Shown piece by piece: positions 1 to 9,790 of a DNA stretch of 64,000 bases. Source of the DNA: Candidatus Woesearchaeota archaeon. Lineage in GTDB: Archaea; Nanobdellota; Nanobdellia; Woesearchaeales; ARS49. The stretch covers positions 574 to 64,573 of the forward strand of contig JACQMY010000035.1 of NCBI GenBank assembly GCA_016203305.1, read 5' to 3'. The notes beneath the pieces are model-generated. The model ran no database searches and was not told where the DNA came from. It worked only from the letters and a program-made list of their open reading frames with translations. The first letter of the stretch is position 1, and every line of letters begins with the position of its first letter. Position numbers and translations under genes: made by a program.

Positions 1-960
1 TTTTCCAGCTTTGAACCAAGCTCGTGTGCCTTTTTGACAACCTTTTCCTTTGTATCGTCAAACATGATCGGAACAACAACAACGTGCAAAGGCGCCACCC
101 TTGGAGGAATAACCACGCCCTTATCATCACCATGATACAAAATCATCGCGCCGATACTCCTAGTAGAAAAACCCCAACTGTTCTGGAACGGCAAAGACTT
201 ATCGCCCTTCTCGTCAAGGAAAGAAATGCCAAAACTCTTCGCAAAACGCTGACCAAGATGATGACTGGTAGCAGCCTGAACGGCCTTGCCGCTAGGCGTC
301 AAAGTCTCAACAGAAGTCGAATAATCAGCGCCGGCAAACTTCTCATTCTCACTCTTCCTGCCCTTTATGACAGGCAAAGCAAGCATTTCCTCAAACACGC
401 GCTTGTAAAGCTCTAGAATATTCAGCACTTCAGTCTCTGCATCTGCCTTCTTCGCAAAAACAGTATGACCTTCCTGCCACAAAAACTCCCTGCTACGCAA
501 GAAAGGAACAGGATGCTTAAACTCCCAACGCACAACATTAACCCACTGATTAATTTTCAACGGCAAGTCACGATAACTCTGAATCCATTTAGCAAAAGCG
601 TCATACATGATTGTTTCGCTCGTAGGACGAACCGCCAACCTTTCTGACAACGGAGTATGACCGCCCTGAGTAACCCATGCAACCTCAGGAGCAAAGCCCT
701 CGACGTGCTCAGACTCCTTCTTCAACAACGCCTCAGGAATAAACAAAGGAAAATACGCATTCTTAACGCCAAGCTTCTTTATCTCAGCATCAAAAAAAGC
801 AGTAAGTTTTTCCCAAATGGCAAAAACTCTCGGACGGAAAATCATGCAGCCAGAAACGCCAGTGTACTCTGCCAACTCGGCTTTCTGAATAACCTGAGTA
901 TACCACTCAGAAATATCCTGAGACTTTTTAACAGTAAGACCTTGTTCTTCTTTTACCATG
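1..960 (-). CDS. proS: Prolyl-tRNA synthetase, archaeal/eukaryotic type, N-terminal part. The 3' end is truncated by the window start and the gene is not in the supplied ORF track.
   Basis: Manual translation of the minus strand from the ATG at 960 gives MVKEEQGLTVKKSQDISEWYTQVIQKAELAEYTGVSGCMIFRP...HHLGQRF..., the canonical archaeal ProRS N-terminus and class II motifs. The frame stays open to position 1. Confidence 0.85.
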
Positions 961-1030
961 GGCTGAAGGCAGAAGGGCGAAGGATGAAGACCGCCTTCTG
1001 CCTCACTCCTTCTTCCTTCATCCTCCTTTA
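961..1030. repeat. Heptamer (NNNNAGG) array plus inverted complement, forming a hairpin, in the divergent proS / lipoprotein promoter region
   Basis: ggctgaaggcagaagggcgaaggatgaag...ccttctgcctcactccttcttccttcatcctcc. Confidence 0.6.
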
Positions 1031-1106
1031 TAAAGGTTTGCGGGTGCCGATGAGTTGGCGAGCGACCTGAGCAAAGTTTATAAAATCCGCAAAAGGTGGC
1101 CACTCG

Positions 1107-2510
1107 ATGAGAAAAACCTTGGCAGGATTGATTCTGGCTCTCGCAGGCTGTGCACAAGTGGAAGTTGCCCCAGCACTGAAACGTGAGAAAGATTTGCAGG
1201 AAGCAGTTGCAAAAGAAATGCGCAAGCACGGCCAGTGGGTTGAGAAGGTTGTGCGACAAGACTACAATATCGCGCCAGTGGGTTCTATCGTGAGCATTGC
1301 ACTGGAACCTTCAAAAGAAGAGAGCTGTGGTTTTCTCGGCCATATTGCCGCGTTCAATGACCCGCGCAGCGTACTGCTGATACCAGAAAACGTTGACACC
1401 TGGGTTTTTGATGCGATCGACCACGAACTCGGCCACGTTGTGCAGTTTCGCGTTATCGGACAGCAGGGATACGCAGGCCCGTCATGGAATGATATTGCAA
1501 CGCACTGCACAAAGAAAGTGCAAAATAAAGGGATGGAAGAGTGGAGGACGATTCTCGAGAAAGAAAAAATGATTCTTGGTTTGAGCGAGGCACTCCAAGA
1601 AGGAATAAACGAGTTTAACAGTATAGAGGATACTTTGCGAAAGAAGGTACGCAGGAACAAACAGGAGCGCGAGCAGTTAAGCGAGCACGCCAAATACGTT
1701 GATGAATCCGACCGCAAAATGCTGGAAGCCGCTCGGGCAGATGTAAATGAGAAAATCAAAGCAGTATATGACTGGCGCGACAAGATGGGCGCCTGGGCAA
1801 AGTCCCATACCACTGATCAGAGTTTGGATGCCCTCTCAACGGCAGACATCGCAGCCGTGACGTCAAGCGTAGGAAAAAGCATCAGCGAGCTGGACAGCTT
1901 GGGAAAAAAGGCAATCGAGCTGACTGAAAAGTATGGAAAGGTTATTGACCAGTTAGCAGATAAAACATACAGTGCAGCTGAAAAGGATCTTCAGGAAAAA
2001 GCCAAAACCGCAAAGAATGAAATCGAAGCAATAAGTTACCGTTCGAAGCTTGAACGACTGCAGATTTCAAGTGAAGAAGCCAAAAAAAGGCGCGCTCGAC
2101 ACGAAAGTCTCGATGAACTCGACAGAAGCAATTTGCAAGGACTATTAAGGAAATTTGTCAAAGCAATTAATTCAGGAAGGGTGAACAAGATTGGTGAACC
2201 ATCAGAGTTTTTTGCACGAATGGTCGATAGCTTGTACAGTTTGCGCTTGCAAAAAGTCGGCCGCGACCAGTTCCCATTGACAGAAGAAGATCTCAAGTTG
2301 TTTGAACAATGCACGTTCGAAGGCAAACCTATCTTTGGAACAGCCGTCCAGAAATACCGATTGGGAATGCAAATGACGGCCGATGGCATTCCTGCAGAAC
2401 ATGTGAAAAATACATTGGAATACGCGACAAGTTTTGCATATAAGGGAAAAACGTATTGCTGGTCTCCTGCGCGCGTGGCATTCAGAGGCAGTTTTCCACG
2501 AGAACGATAA
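1107..2510 (+). CDS. Putative lipoprotein with an HExxH zinc-metalloprotease motif and a long coiled-coil region
   Basis: N-terminal MRKTLAGLILALAGCAQ is a lipobox-like signal. An AIDHELGHVV motif is present, and the central third is K/E-rich and predicted coiled coil. There is a GGTGG SD-like site upstream. Confidence 0.5.
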   Translation: MRKTLAGLILALAGCAQVEVAPALKREKDLQEAVAKEMRKHGQWVEKVVRQDYNIAPVGSIVSIALEPSKEESCGFLGHIAAFNDPRSVLLIPENVDTWVFDAIDHELGHVVQFRVIGQQGYAGPSWNDIATHCTKKVQNKGMEEWRTILEKEKMILGLSEALQEGINEFNSIEDTLRKKVRRNKQEREQLSEHAKYVDESDRKMLEAARADVNEKIKAVYDWRDKMGAWAKSHTTDQSLDALSTADIAAVTSSVGKSISELDSLGKKAIELTEKYGKVIDQLADKTYSAAEKDLQEKAKTAKNEIEAISYRSKLERLQISSEEAKKRRARHESLDELDRSNLQGLLRKFVKAINSGRVNKIGEPSEFFARMVDSLYSLRLQKVGRDQFPLTEEDLKLFEQCTFEGKPIFGTAVQKYRLGMQMTADGIPAEHVKNTLEYATSFAYKGKTYCWSPARVAFRGSFPRER

Positions 2511-2511
2511 A

Positions 2512-3162
2512 TTAGACGCTTGGCTGGTTTGAGAAGAACTCCAACAACTTCTTCCTGCCAGGAACATGATGATGCTGGCTGCATCTGGCTTCATAACTCT
2601 CAGTCGAACCAACAAGAATCAAAGGACTGTCGTAAGGAGCAGGCTTGCTGTTAATCAAGCGCTGAGTGTAGTCAGCAGACCTGCCACAAATCTCGCCAGA
2701 ACGGCTCTTATACGTGCAAATCGCTCTTAAAACAGTGATTGCAGAAGCGTGCGGCATCAACTCACCAATATGACGATGACTGTTCAGAAACTTGAAAGGC
2801 TCGCCACGAAAATCGCGACTCAAACAAGAAGCCAAAATCTTAACCTTCTTACTCTTATCCTGCACGGTTTGCACACAAAAAGGAATAATCTTGTCAGAAA
2901 AAAACTGAATTTCATCAATAACGACAACATCAACAGGACAATGCTGCAACCGTTCCAACATCTCCTCAGTAGACTGAACAACATGAGCGCTAATCATCGA
3001 ACGATTATGCGAAGCAACATGCGTAGGACTGTAACGCGTATCAATAGAAGGCTTGAACACGGCAACATTCCTGCCAGCAATGTATTCCTTCCTAGCACGA
3101 CGCATCAACTCCTCAGTCTTACCCGCGTACATGCAGCCAACGATAAGTTGAAGTTCGCCCAT
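2512..3162 (-). CDS. tdk: Thymidine kinase (TK1/bacterial type)
   Basis: The P-loop GCMYAGKTEEL follows the start MGELQLIVG, and the C-terminal zinc-ribbon cysteines are present. The likely start is the internal ATG at 3162, because the upstream 36 nt are heptamer-repeat sequence. Confidence 0.8.
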   Translation of the reverse strand: MGELQLIVGCMYAGKTEELMRRARKEYIAGRNVAVFKPSIDTRYSPTHVASHNRSMISAHVVQSTEEMLERLQHCPVDVVVIDEIQFFSDKIIPFCVQTVQDKSKKVKILASCLSRDFRGEPFKFLNSHRHIGELMPHASAITVLRAICTYKSRSGEICGRSADYTQRLINSKPAPYDSPLILVGSTESYEARCSQHHHVPGRKKLLEFFSNQPSV

Positions 3163-3165
3163 TTT

Positions 3166-3230
3166 TAGGTTGAAGGCGGAAGGACGAAGATCTTCCACCC
3201 TCGCCCTTCAACCTTCAGCCTACCTATAAG
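3166..3230. repeat. Heptamer (NNNNAGG) array followed by its inverted complement, giving a hairpin
   Basis: ggttgaaggcggaaggacgaag...cttccaccctcgcccttcaaccttcagcc. Confidence 0.6.
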
Positions 3231-3292
3231 CTTTCGTTATCACAAGACAGTAAGACAGCAATCTTATAAATAACGGAAAGCAACAGCACAAC

Positions 3293-3763
3293 ATGCGCAT
3301 AGTCCACCACGCAAGCCACCACATACTAATACACCTGGGACTATTTTCCGGATTTGCTCTCCTGATACCAGTAATCACAAAAGCATTCGAGCAAAACGCA
3401 AAGCCCTGGATACTCGAACCAAGCATATTCTTCGGAGGAGTAATGCTTGTCATCATATCGGCGTTCCTGCTGTACCGCGTCAAGGAAAACATGCCAGACG
3501 TGCTACAGAGCCTAGGAGCCATGATTTTTCTTCCAGGAGCAATCAACGTCATATCAGGAGTAATAAACATACACGACTTTCTCACGACAAAGACAAGCCT
3601 CTCAGGAATGGCAGTAGTAAAACCAATAGCACAATTCTACGTCGAACACAGCGTTCCAAGCGTGCTAAGCGTCGCAGCAGTGTATCTGTTCATCGGAGGC
3701 ATGCTATACTGGATCGGGTATAAGATGCAACGAGTAAAGGATAAGTTTTCATTTAACAACTGA
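3293..3763 (+). CDS. Hypothetical polytopic membrane protein
   Basis: A 156-aa ORF with four or more hydrophobic segments and no recognisable motif. Confidence 0.35.
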   Translation: MRIVHHASHHILIHLGLFSGFALLIPVITKAFEQNAKPWILEPSIFFGGVMLVIISAFLLYRVKENMPDVLQSLGAMIFLPGAINVISGVINIHDFLTTKTSLSGMAVVKPIAQFYVEHSVPSVLSVAAVYLFIGGMLYWIGYKMQRVKDKFSFNN

Positions 3764-4609
3764 AGAAAACAACTCCTCAACGCGCATTCTGCCATTCAAC
3801 ACGCGACGCAAGTTATGCAACAATGGAAGCTTGCCGTGCATGAATTCATGAATAGTCTCCAACGCGTGCAATCCCTCAACAGTTCCATCTGGCTTTGGAA
3901 TGCTCTTGCCCTCGCGCAACGCCTTGCCAACAAGATGGCCATAAGTATGGTTCCTGCTATCCTCACTAGCACACGTGGCAAACAAGTCACCCAAAAAGCT
4001 CAACTGCGGCAGAGAACCCTTCTTCTTATGCTTATAAAGCTGTTCGACTTCACGCACTGCCAATGCGGCAAAACTACCCATGGAATTACACGACTGATAA
4101 TAACCATCCATCAAGCCAACACCCAAAGCCACTATATTCTTCGCTGCAGCGCCAAACTCAGCACCAACAGCATCATTCTCAACAACAGGGAAAAAATTCT
4201 CAGATTTCAACAATGACGCCCATTCCTCTGCCCTGTCTCCAGCAATCGTGGTCAAAGTCGGCTTCCCAGCCATGATCTCAACACTCAAGTTCGGACCGTT
4301 CAATGTAGCGACAGGATTTTTCAAAACTTTGCGAATAATCTCTGTCGAAGTCTTCAAACCAGAAAACAATCCCTTAGTACAACTTAAAATCGGAATACCT
4401 CTTTTGACCAACGGCTTAACCATCTGCAAACAACCCTCCAAGAACGCAGACGGAACACACAACGCCAAACGATCGGCGTCTCCAATGCACTTTTTTGTCT
4501 TCTCGCTATAACTCCCGTCCTTCTCAACATCAACAAGAACATGCTGGTTTTCACCTAACAGCTTACTAATACACTGACCAAACTTGCCAGCACCGATAAT
4601 GGTGATCAT
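3749..4609 (-). CDS. gpsA: NAD(P)H-dependent glycerol-3-phosphate dehydrogenase (GpsA family)
   Basis: N-terminal Rossmann motif MITIIGAGKFG, and conserved GpsA blocks (NGPNLSVEI, GAAAKNIVALGVG). Confidence 0.75.
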   Translation of the reverse strand: MITIIGAGKFGQCISKLLGENQHVLVDVEKDGSYSEKTKKCIGDADRLALCVPSAFLEGCLQMVKPLVKRGIPILSCTKGLFSGLKTSTEIIRKVLKNPVATLNGPNLSVEIMAGKPTLTTIAGDRAEEWASLLKSENFFPVVENDAVGAEFGAAAKNIVALGVGLMDGYYQSCNSMGSFAALAVREVEQLYKHKKKGSLPQLSFLGDLFATCASEDSRNHTYGHLVGKALREGKSIPKPDGTVEGLHALETIHEFMHGKLPLLHNLRRVLNGRMRVEELFSSVVK

Positions 4610-5061
4610 GCCTCATCAACCACGTTTATGTTTTTAATTTTTTTGAATTGCTTGTCGAACGTTGCCATGGCAGAAATCCCGAGTTCCTGGCAGACAATAA
4701 CGTTCGTGCAATCGGTGAAACTCAAGCCTTTCGCACGTTTGAAAAGCGACCATGATACATCAAAAATCGTTTCAGTAATCTTTGCAACATGATATGATTT
4801 CAACAAAGCCTGCCCGAGCGCGCATGCATCCTCACGAGAAGCGTAACGCGCAGCCACGTTGAGCGCTTCATCAAAGACATAATCCGTGATGAATGCAGGC
4901 CCGTAAACATCTTGCCTGATGCGAACAAGGATTCTGAGCGCCTGCTCGTGACATGAATCATCAGGGTTCCATGCAGCAATTAGTAAGTTTGTATCGAGCA
5001 ATATCACGAGTATAACACCTTGTCGATGTTTTTGCTCACATCTCTCGTCGCCTTGCCCCAA
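4606..5061 (-). CDS. vapC: PIN-domain ribonuclease, VapC-like toxin
   Basis: ILLDTNLLIAAW acidic-quartet N-terminus, ~150 aa, overlaps the upstream RHH gene. Confidence 0.75.
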   Translation of the reverse strand: MGQGDERCEQKHRQGVILVILLDTNLLIAAWNPDDSCHEQALRILVRIRQDVYGPAFITDYVFDEALNVAARYASREDACALGQALLKSYHVAKITETIFDVSWSLFKRAKGLSFTDCTNVIVCQELGISAMATFDKQFKKIKNINVVDEA

Positions 5062-5226
5062 CCCTTCTTTGGAATAAAGTCCAGAAAATTCTGTTTGTCC
5101 TCTTGCTCGCTGAGCCAGCGCTGCATTGCAAGCGTGAGCGCTTGTCCGACATGAATGTTCTGCTTAACAGCCCGTGCTTTAAATGCGCGAAACACTTCCT
5201 CGCTAACATCCCTGACACTCAATTGC
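5004..5226 (-). CDS. vapB: Ribbon-helix-helix antitoxin (VapB/CopG-like)
   Basis: MQLSVRDVSEEVFRAFKARAVKQNIHVGQALTLAMQRWL is an RHH pattern, and the gene is 57 nt upstream-overlapping with vapC. The start was chosen at the internal ATG at 5226. Confidence 0.55.
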
Positions 5227-5265
5227 ATAAAGTATGACATGTATGACAAGTATTTAAACCTTTGC

Positions 5266-8200
5266 TCACAACAACTCCTTCCATTTCTGTTGCAAGAACT
5301 TCGCGATGTCATCATCCCAGTATTTGGGCACGCTCTTGGAGAATAAGTCCTTGAGCCACGCCAAGGTCTCCTTCCTAAACCCTTCTTTCTCCCCGTCGAT
5401 CATGTGATAAACATCATACCTCATTTGTGGGTCAAGCTTTGCTTTTTTCGCTGCTTTGTTAAACTGTTCGATAAGTTTGAACTTCAACTCGTCCTTGTCC
5501 TGCTCTTTCTTCTCATCCTGCTCGCGCCATAAATCCTCATAAGAGAACTCGCCAGTTTTCAGCTCTGCAAGAACTGTGAACAAGAACTTTTTCAACTCAT
5601 CAGGCCAATTTTCTTCAATTTCCTTGCGATACTGTTCAACACCCTTGAGAAAAGAAGGCTCTATGTTGGAACGCTCGCCATCAATAATACGAACAAGCTC
5701 CATCTTGGCGTAACGCGGAACGCGCGCCAAATTCCACGCCTCCTTCTTAAGCTGCTCCTTGAACTCGTTCTTCACAGAATGCGCGCGCTCGACAAACGCT
5801 GCACCGCTAACCGCCTTTGCTTCCTTTCCGCCGATCTTTGCCAAAATCTGCTCGTGCATACGCTTCAAGAATTCATACTTATCCTCAATGCGCAACACGT
5901 CCATATAACCCATCAATGCAAGGTTCAACGCGAATGGACTCGGCACTGTTGATTCAAGCTCCACAACTTTTATCGTACCATCAGCAACACCTTCCAACAC
6001 TTTGCGCGTGTTATCAATATCCATCAAGTCCTCCAAACACTCGCGCCTCGCCTCCTTCAAAATGCTGAAATCATTATCAATACGCTTCAACGCGCTCAAC
6101 AAAATCATAGAGCTAACTTGCTGACGGCCAACACGCTTCTGACGACCCATATAGTTCCGCAAAATCATAAAAGAACGAGTCGCACAATGCCTGAAACGCC
6201 TCTTGAACACCTCACTCTTCTCAATAGCGATGTCCATAACCATGTCAATCTTGTCAGGCTTCAACAATTTCAAAGCGTTGACGGGCTTGAGAGACTTTCC
6301 ACCATTAATGTAAAAGCCCCCATCATTCATGCCAAGCTCAACATCCTTATGAGTCGTCTTGCTCAAAGCAAAAGCAACCGCGCGGCTCAAACAATCATTC
6401 ACCCGACGACCAAACAAAGTATGAAAGACAATCTTTTCATCACGGCCATCGCTGCAATACTCGACCAAAATCATGCGATCATTCGGGATCCTCTTACAAT
6501 AATCAAACTGCTCCTTGAAATACTCATAAATCGCGCTAGCAGCATGATCATCAACATACAAATGCTTGTTGATGAACTCCAAAACATCCTTCTTACTTTC
6601 CTGCGAGACAAAACGCTCAAGCATCAAACGACGAAAACGGCCAATCTCGCTCGCAAGATCAAAGCTAAGAGGCAACATCTCACTCACCCAATGAGGAACG
6701 GTCGGCGGCCTGTTAACAGAAGTTGAAACTTGAGCAACCATGCCACGCGTGAACTTAAACAAATAAGTCTCACCACCCAAAACAAACACATCACCAGGCT
6801 TCAACCGCTCAACAAAACCCTCATCCAACATGCCAACAGTTTCAGTTCCAACCTTCACCGTTATGAATGATTCATCAGGAATAGTGCCAAGATTAGTCAT
6901 GTAAATAACACGACCCATCTTGCCCCTCTTGCCGAGCTTGCCGCCATCACGCCAAATCTTAGCGTAAATATTCCGATCCTCCAAAGAAGCAAACTCACCG
7001 GCAAGATAACTCAAAATATTGTTGAAATCACCAAGCTTCAAATCCTTGTAACAATAACTCTTACGAACGGCATTAAACAACTCGCGCTCCTCCCAAACCT
7101 GCTCGAGAGCCATGCCAATGATCTGCTGAGCAAGCACGTCCAAACAATTCGTAGGAATGTGTACCAAGTCAATCTTCTTCTCGACAGCGCTTTTTAACAG
7201 AACAGCACACTCTACAAGATCATCACGATCCATAACTATGATCCTTGCTTTGACAGTCTCGTGCAGCTTGTGCCCGGAACGACCGGCACGCTGCAAAAAT
7301 CTCGCAACACTCTTTGGCGAGCCAAGGCAAATAACCAAGTCGATATAACCAATGTCAATGCCAAGCTCCAAGCTAGTTGAGCAAACAACAGCCTTGAGCT
7401 CACCATTACGCAATTTGCCCTCAATATCATGACGCATCTGCTTGCTCATGCTACCATGATGCGCGCCGATGTTTCCAACGTACTTCTTCGGGAACCTCGT
7501 CTTGAGATGATCAACAACCCGCTCAGTCGCGCTTCTGGTATTAGTGAAGACTAATGTGGTACGATGCTGCTGGATAAGATCATCAATAAGTTCATACATC
7601 TTCTGATGCATCTCTCCATGAGAGGTTTCCACCAAGTTTTCAACAGGCGAAATAACCTTGAAATCAAGATTTTTCAAAAACTGAATATCAATTATTTTGC
7701 AGGGCCTGCACACACCAACAAGATAGTACGCAATCTCGTCCAACGGCGAGACAGTAGCGCTCAACCCAACACGACACATGCCCGGCGAAAGAATATGCAA
7801 CCGCTCCAAAGATAGAGACAGATGAACTCCACGCTTGTTCTCGGCCAATGCATGAATCTCGTCGACAATACACCATTCAACCTCGCGCAGGTGCTCGCGG
7901 AATTTGACCGAGGCGAGCAAAATCGCGAGGCTTTCTGGCGTTGTGATGAGAATGTGCGGCGGTTTCGCCAACATCTTCGCCTTCTCTCCTTGAGTCGTAT
8001 CACCCGTTCTGACACCAACGCGGATGCCTAATGGCGTTCCAGCGATACGTTCAATTTGTTCCAGAGGCTCCTTCAGGTTTTTCATAATGTCGTTCGAGAG
8101 CGCTTTAAGAGGGCTTATGTAAACACAGTAGACCTTGTCCTGCAGTTTTCCCTTTTCAGCGCTGTCAACAAGCTCGTTAAGAACTGACAGAAAACCGGTC

Positions 8201-8469
8201 AGAGTCTTTGTTGCGCCGGTTGGAGCGGAAACCAGCACGTTATTCCTGCAGTGAATCTCGTAAACGCCAAACAATTGCGGCAATGAGAAGTTTGTAAAGC
8301 GTGAGAAGAACCACTTTTTGATCGTTGGATTTAGAATGCCCTCTATCTCTTTTGCCTCATTGGGCTTCTCCTTCCTCGACAATAAGTTTTTATCCATATG
8401 GAAAATAATTAATAGTGCTTCACTAACAACAAAAACCAAAATGACACTATAAAAATCTAACGCGAACAA
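5266..8469 (-). CDS. lhr: Lhr-type large ATP-dependent helicase (DEAD/DEAH superfamily 2)
   Basis: Motif I APTGATKTL, DEIH box, SAT and HRxGRxGR-like motifs, ~1,067 aa with the Lhr C-terminal extension. Confidence 0.85.
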   Translation of the reverse strand: MFALDFYSVILVFVVSEALLIIFHMDKNLLSRKEKPNEAKEIEGILNPTIKKWFFSRFTNFSLPQLFGVYEIHCRNNVLVSAPTGATKTLTGFLSVLNELVDSAEKGKLQDKVYCVYISPLKALSNDIMKNLKEPLEQIERIAGTPLGIRVGVRTGDTTQGEKAKMLAKPPHILITTPESLAILLASVKFREHLREVEWCIVDEIHALAENKRGVHLSLSLERLHILSPGMCRVGLSATVSPLDEIAYYLVGVCRPCKIIDIQFLKNLDFKVISPVENLVETSHGEMHQKMYELIDDLIQQHRTTLVFTNTRSATERVVDHLKTRFPKKYVGNIGAHHGSMSKQMRHDIEGKLRNGELKAVVCSTSLELGIDIGYIDLVICLGSPKSVARFLQRAGRSGHKLHETVKARIIVMDRDDLVECAVLLKSAVEKKIDLVHIPTNCLDVLAQQIIGMALEQVWEERELFNAVRKSYCYKDLKLGDFNNILSYLAGEFASLEDRNIYAKIWRDGGKLGKRGKMGRVIYMTNLGTIPDESFITVKVGTETVGMLDEGFVERLKPGDVFVLGGETYLFKFTRGMVAQVSTSVNRPPTVPHWVSEMLPLSFDLASEIGRFRRLMLERFVSQESKKDVLEFINKHLYVDDHAASAIYEYFKEQFDYCKRIPNDRMILVEYCSDGRDEKIVFHTLFGRRVNDCLSRAVAFALSKTTHKDVELGMNDGGFYINGGKSLKPVNALKLLKPDKIDMVMDIAIEKSEVFKRRFRHCATRSFMILRNYMGRQKRVGRQQVSSMILLSALKRIDNDFSILKEARRECLEDLMDIDNTRKVLEGVADGTIKVVELESTVPSPFALNLALMGYMDVLRIEDKYEFLKRMHEQILAKIGGKEAKAVSGAAFVERAHSVKNEFKEQLKKEAWNLARVPRYAKMELVRIIDGERSNIEPSFLKGVEQYRKEIEENWPDELKKFLFTVLAELKTGEFSYEDLWREQDEKKEQDKDELKFKLIEQFNKAAKKAKLDPQMRYDVYHMIDGEKEGFRKETLAWLKDLFSKSVPKYWDDDIAKFLQQKWKELL

Positions 8470-8475
8470 GTCCAG

Positions 8476-8640
8476 TGGGTATTGGGTGTTAGGAAGTAGG
8501 ACGCAGGGTGAAGGACGAAGGTATTAGGATGAAGGTTGTAGGACGTAGGATGAAGGGTGAAGGCGATTGGTTGTTGGCTATTAGCCCGTAGTAAGTGGTT
8601 TGTAGTTCGTAGTTGGTAGCCTACCTACTACTTACTACAT
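8476..8640. repeat. Array of ~22 degenerate heptamers (NNNNAGG/NNNGTAG), ending in a GGCTATTAGCC motif and a short CTAC-rich inverted segment
   Basis: gggtatt gggtgtt aggaagt aggacgc agggtga aggacga aggtatt aggatga aggttgt agg... then cctacctactacttactac. Confidence 0.7.
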
Positions 8641-8692
8641 GTCGGAAATTTTCAATTTCCGATCACGCTCGGAATTGCGTTACAATTCCGAC
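8639..8692 (+). mobile_element. ~54-bp twin-hairpin MITE-like element with 9-bp TIRs (GTCGGAATT...AATTCCGAC), copy A
   Basis: It contains two adjacent perfect hairpins (tcggaaatt/aatttccga and tcggaattg/caattccga). It is 96% identical to the inverted copy at 36037-36088. A cognate flank without the insert occurs at ~11040. Confidence 0.55.
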
Positions 8693-8762
8693 GCACTACA
8701 AACTTTTAACAGGGACAAAACTTATAAGCAAGCACTCAATCGCAGCAAATAGTGAGTGAAGA

Positions 8763-9071
8763 ATGGCGTACAAAGCAACGTACTTCAATGCAACAGCCGA
8801 TCCTCGTTGGTATTCTGTCCGAGAAGAACGCGAAAACGACACTGTTACAGTCACCGTCACAGGTGATTGGAAGAGAACTCCCGAACCAAAAGCAGCAGAA
8901 ATAGGACAACTCTGCCGCGAACTCATCGACCTCAAAAGAAGAATCAAAGAAAATGGAGAAAAAGCAAAAATCTATGTTGACATTGCCAATTTTCCCAATG
9001 ATGAAACGGCCGAACCACTTTACAAAACAATTCTTACCGCGGCAAGCGCACGCCTGCCTACACAAAAGTGA
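8763..9071 (+). CDS. Hypothetical protein (102 aa)
   Basis: The ORF has an SD-like sequence and its stop overlaps the GTG start of the next ORF. Confidence 0.4.
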   Translation: MAYKATYFNATADPRWYSVREERENDTVTVTVTGDWKRTPEPKAAEIGQLCRELIDLKRRIKENGEKAKIYVDIANFPNDETAEPLYKTILTAASARLPTQK

Positions 9072-9790
9072 AACGACACCATTCTGAACCACTCAAAGGA
9101 AAGTTGCTAGTCATAACAAATGTAGAAGCACCACCAACCTACGTAAGCGATCAAGAACTAGACCCTGTCAGTAACGCCAAAAAAACCGTAACAAGAAGAG
9201 TAATTCCCGCACACGTTGAAGAACACCCTATCGTCTACGCAAGCATAAACCCATACGACCTTGTAGAATTTGAACGCGCACAACCAAACCGCACAGAACA
9301 GTGGCGGGATGCAAGCGACGAATTCGAACGTCAAGACCGCAAAAATCCAGACACCGCACCAGTATTCCTAAAACTTCTCGCAGAAAGACCAAAAGCACGA
9401 TATGACGTGACCATTATAACACCGCATACTAACAGACTCGCCTACAGAGTCATGCTCGACGAGGTCAGAAACTATTTCAAACAGCACGCACAACAACGAA
9501 CGCCTGAAAAAGTTGCTCAAGATTTTGTCGTCATCCACAGCAGGCTCACACGCTTAGAACAAGCAGGGCTGATCGCAACCCTTGAAAGATTGCTTGAAGA
9601 TCAAAAAATGCCACCTTACTTTGACGCGCTACAAAGAATAGTACAACACCCTGGCGCAACTCCTCAAGTAATAGCAAATTATGTTCAACTAATGGGCCTG
9701 GCAGCACAAGGAATTGATATTTACGAGCCAAAAAGAAACATCTCGCGACTCGTGCTCAACGGCTCAAACCAGCGATATCACGAAAACTAA
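9068..9790 (+). CDS. Hypothetical protein (240 aa), translationally coupled to the upstream ORF
   Basis: The GTGA start overlaps the upstream stop. No recognisable motif. Confidence 0.4.
   Translation: MKRHHSEPLKGKLLVITNVEAPPTYVSDQELDPVSNAKKTVTRRVIPAHVEEHPIVYASINPYDLVEFERAQPNRTEQWRDASDEFERQDRKNPDTAPVFLKLLAERPKARYDVTIITPHTNRLAYRVMLDEVRNYFKQHAQQRTPEKVAQDFVVIHSRLTRLEQAGLIATLERLLEDQKMPPYFDALQRIVQHPGATPQVIANYVQLMGLAAQGIDIYEPKRNISRLVLNGSNQRYHEN

Noticed and set aside
24-1070. + strand ORFs (130, 60, 137 aa) at the window start
   Set aside because: They are low-complexity translations antisense to the well-supported proS coding sequence.
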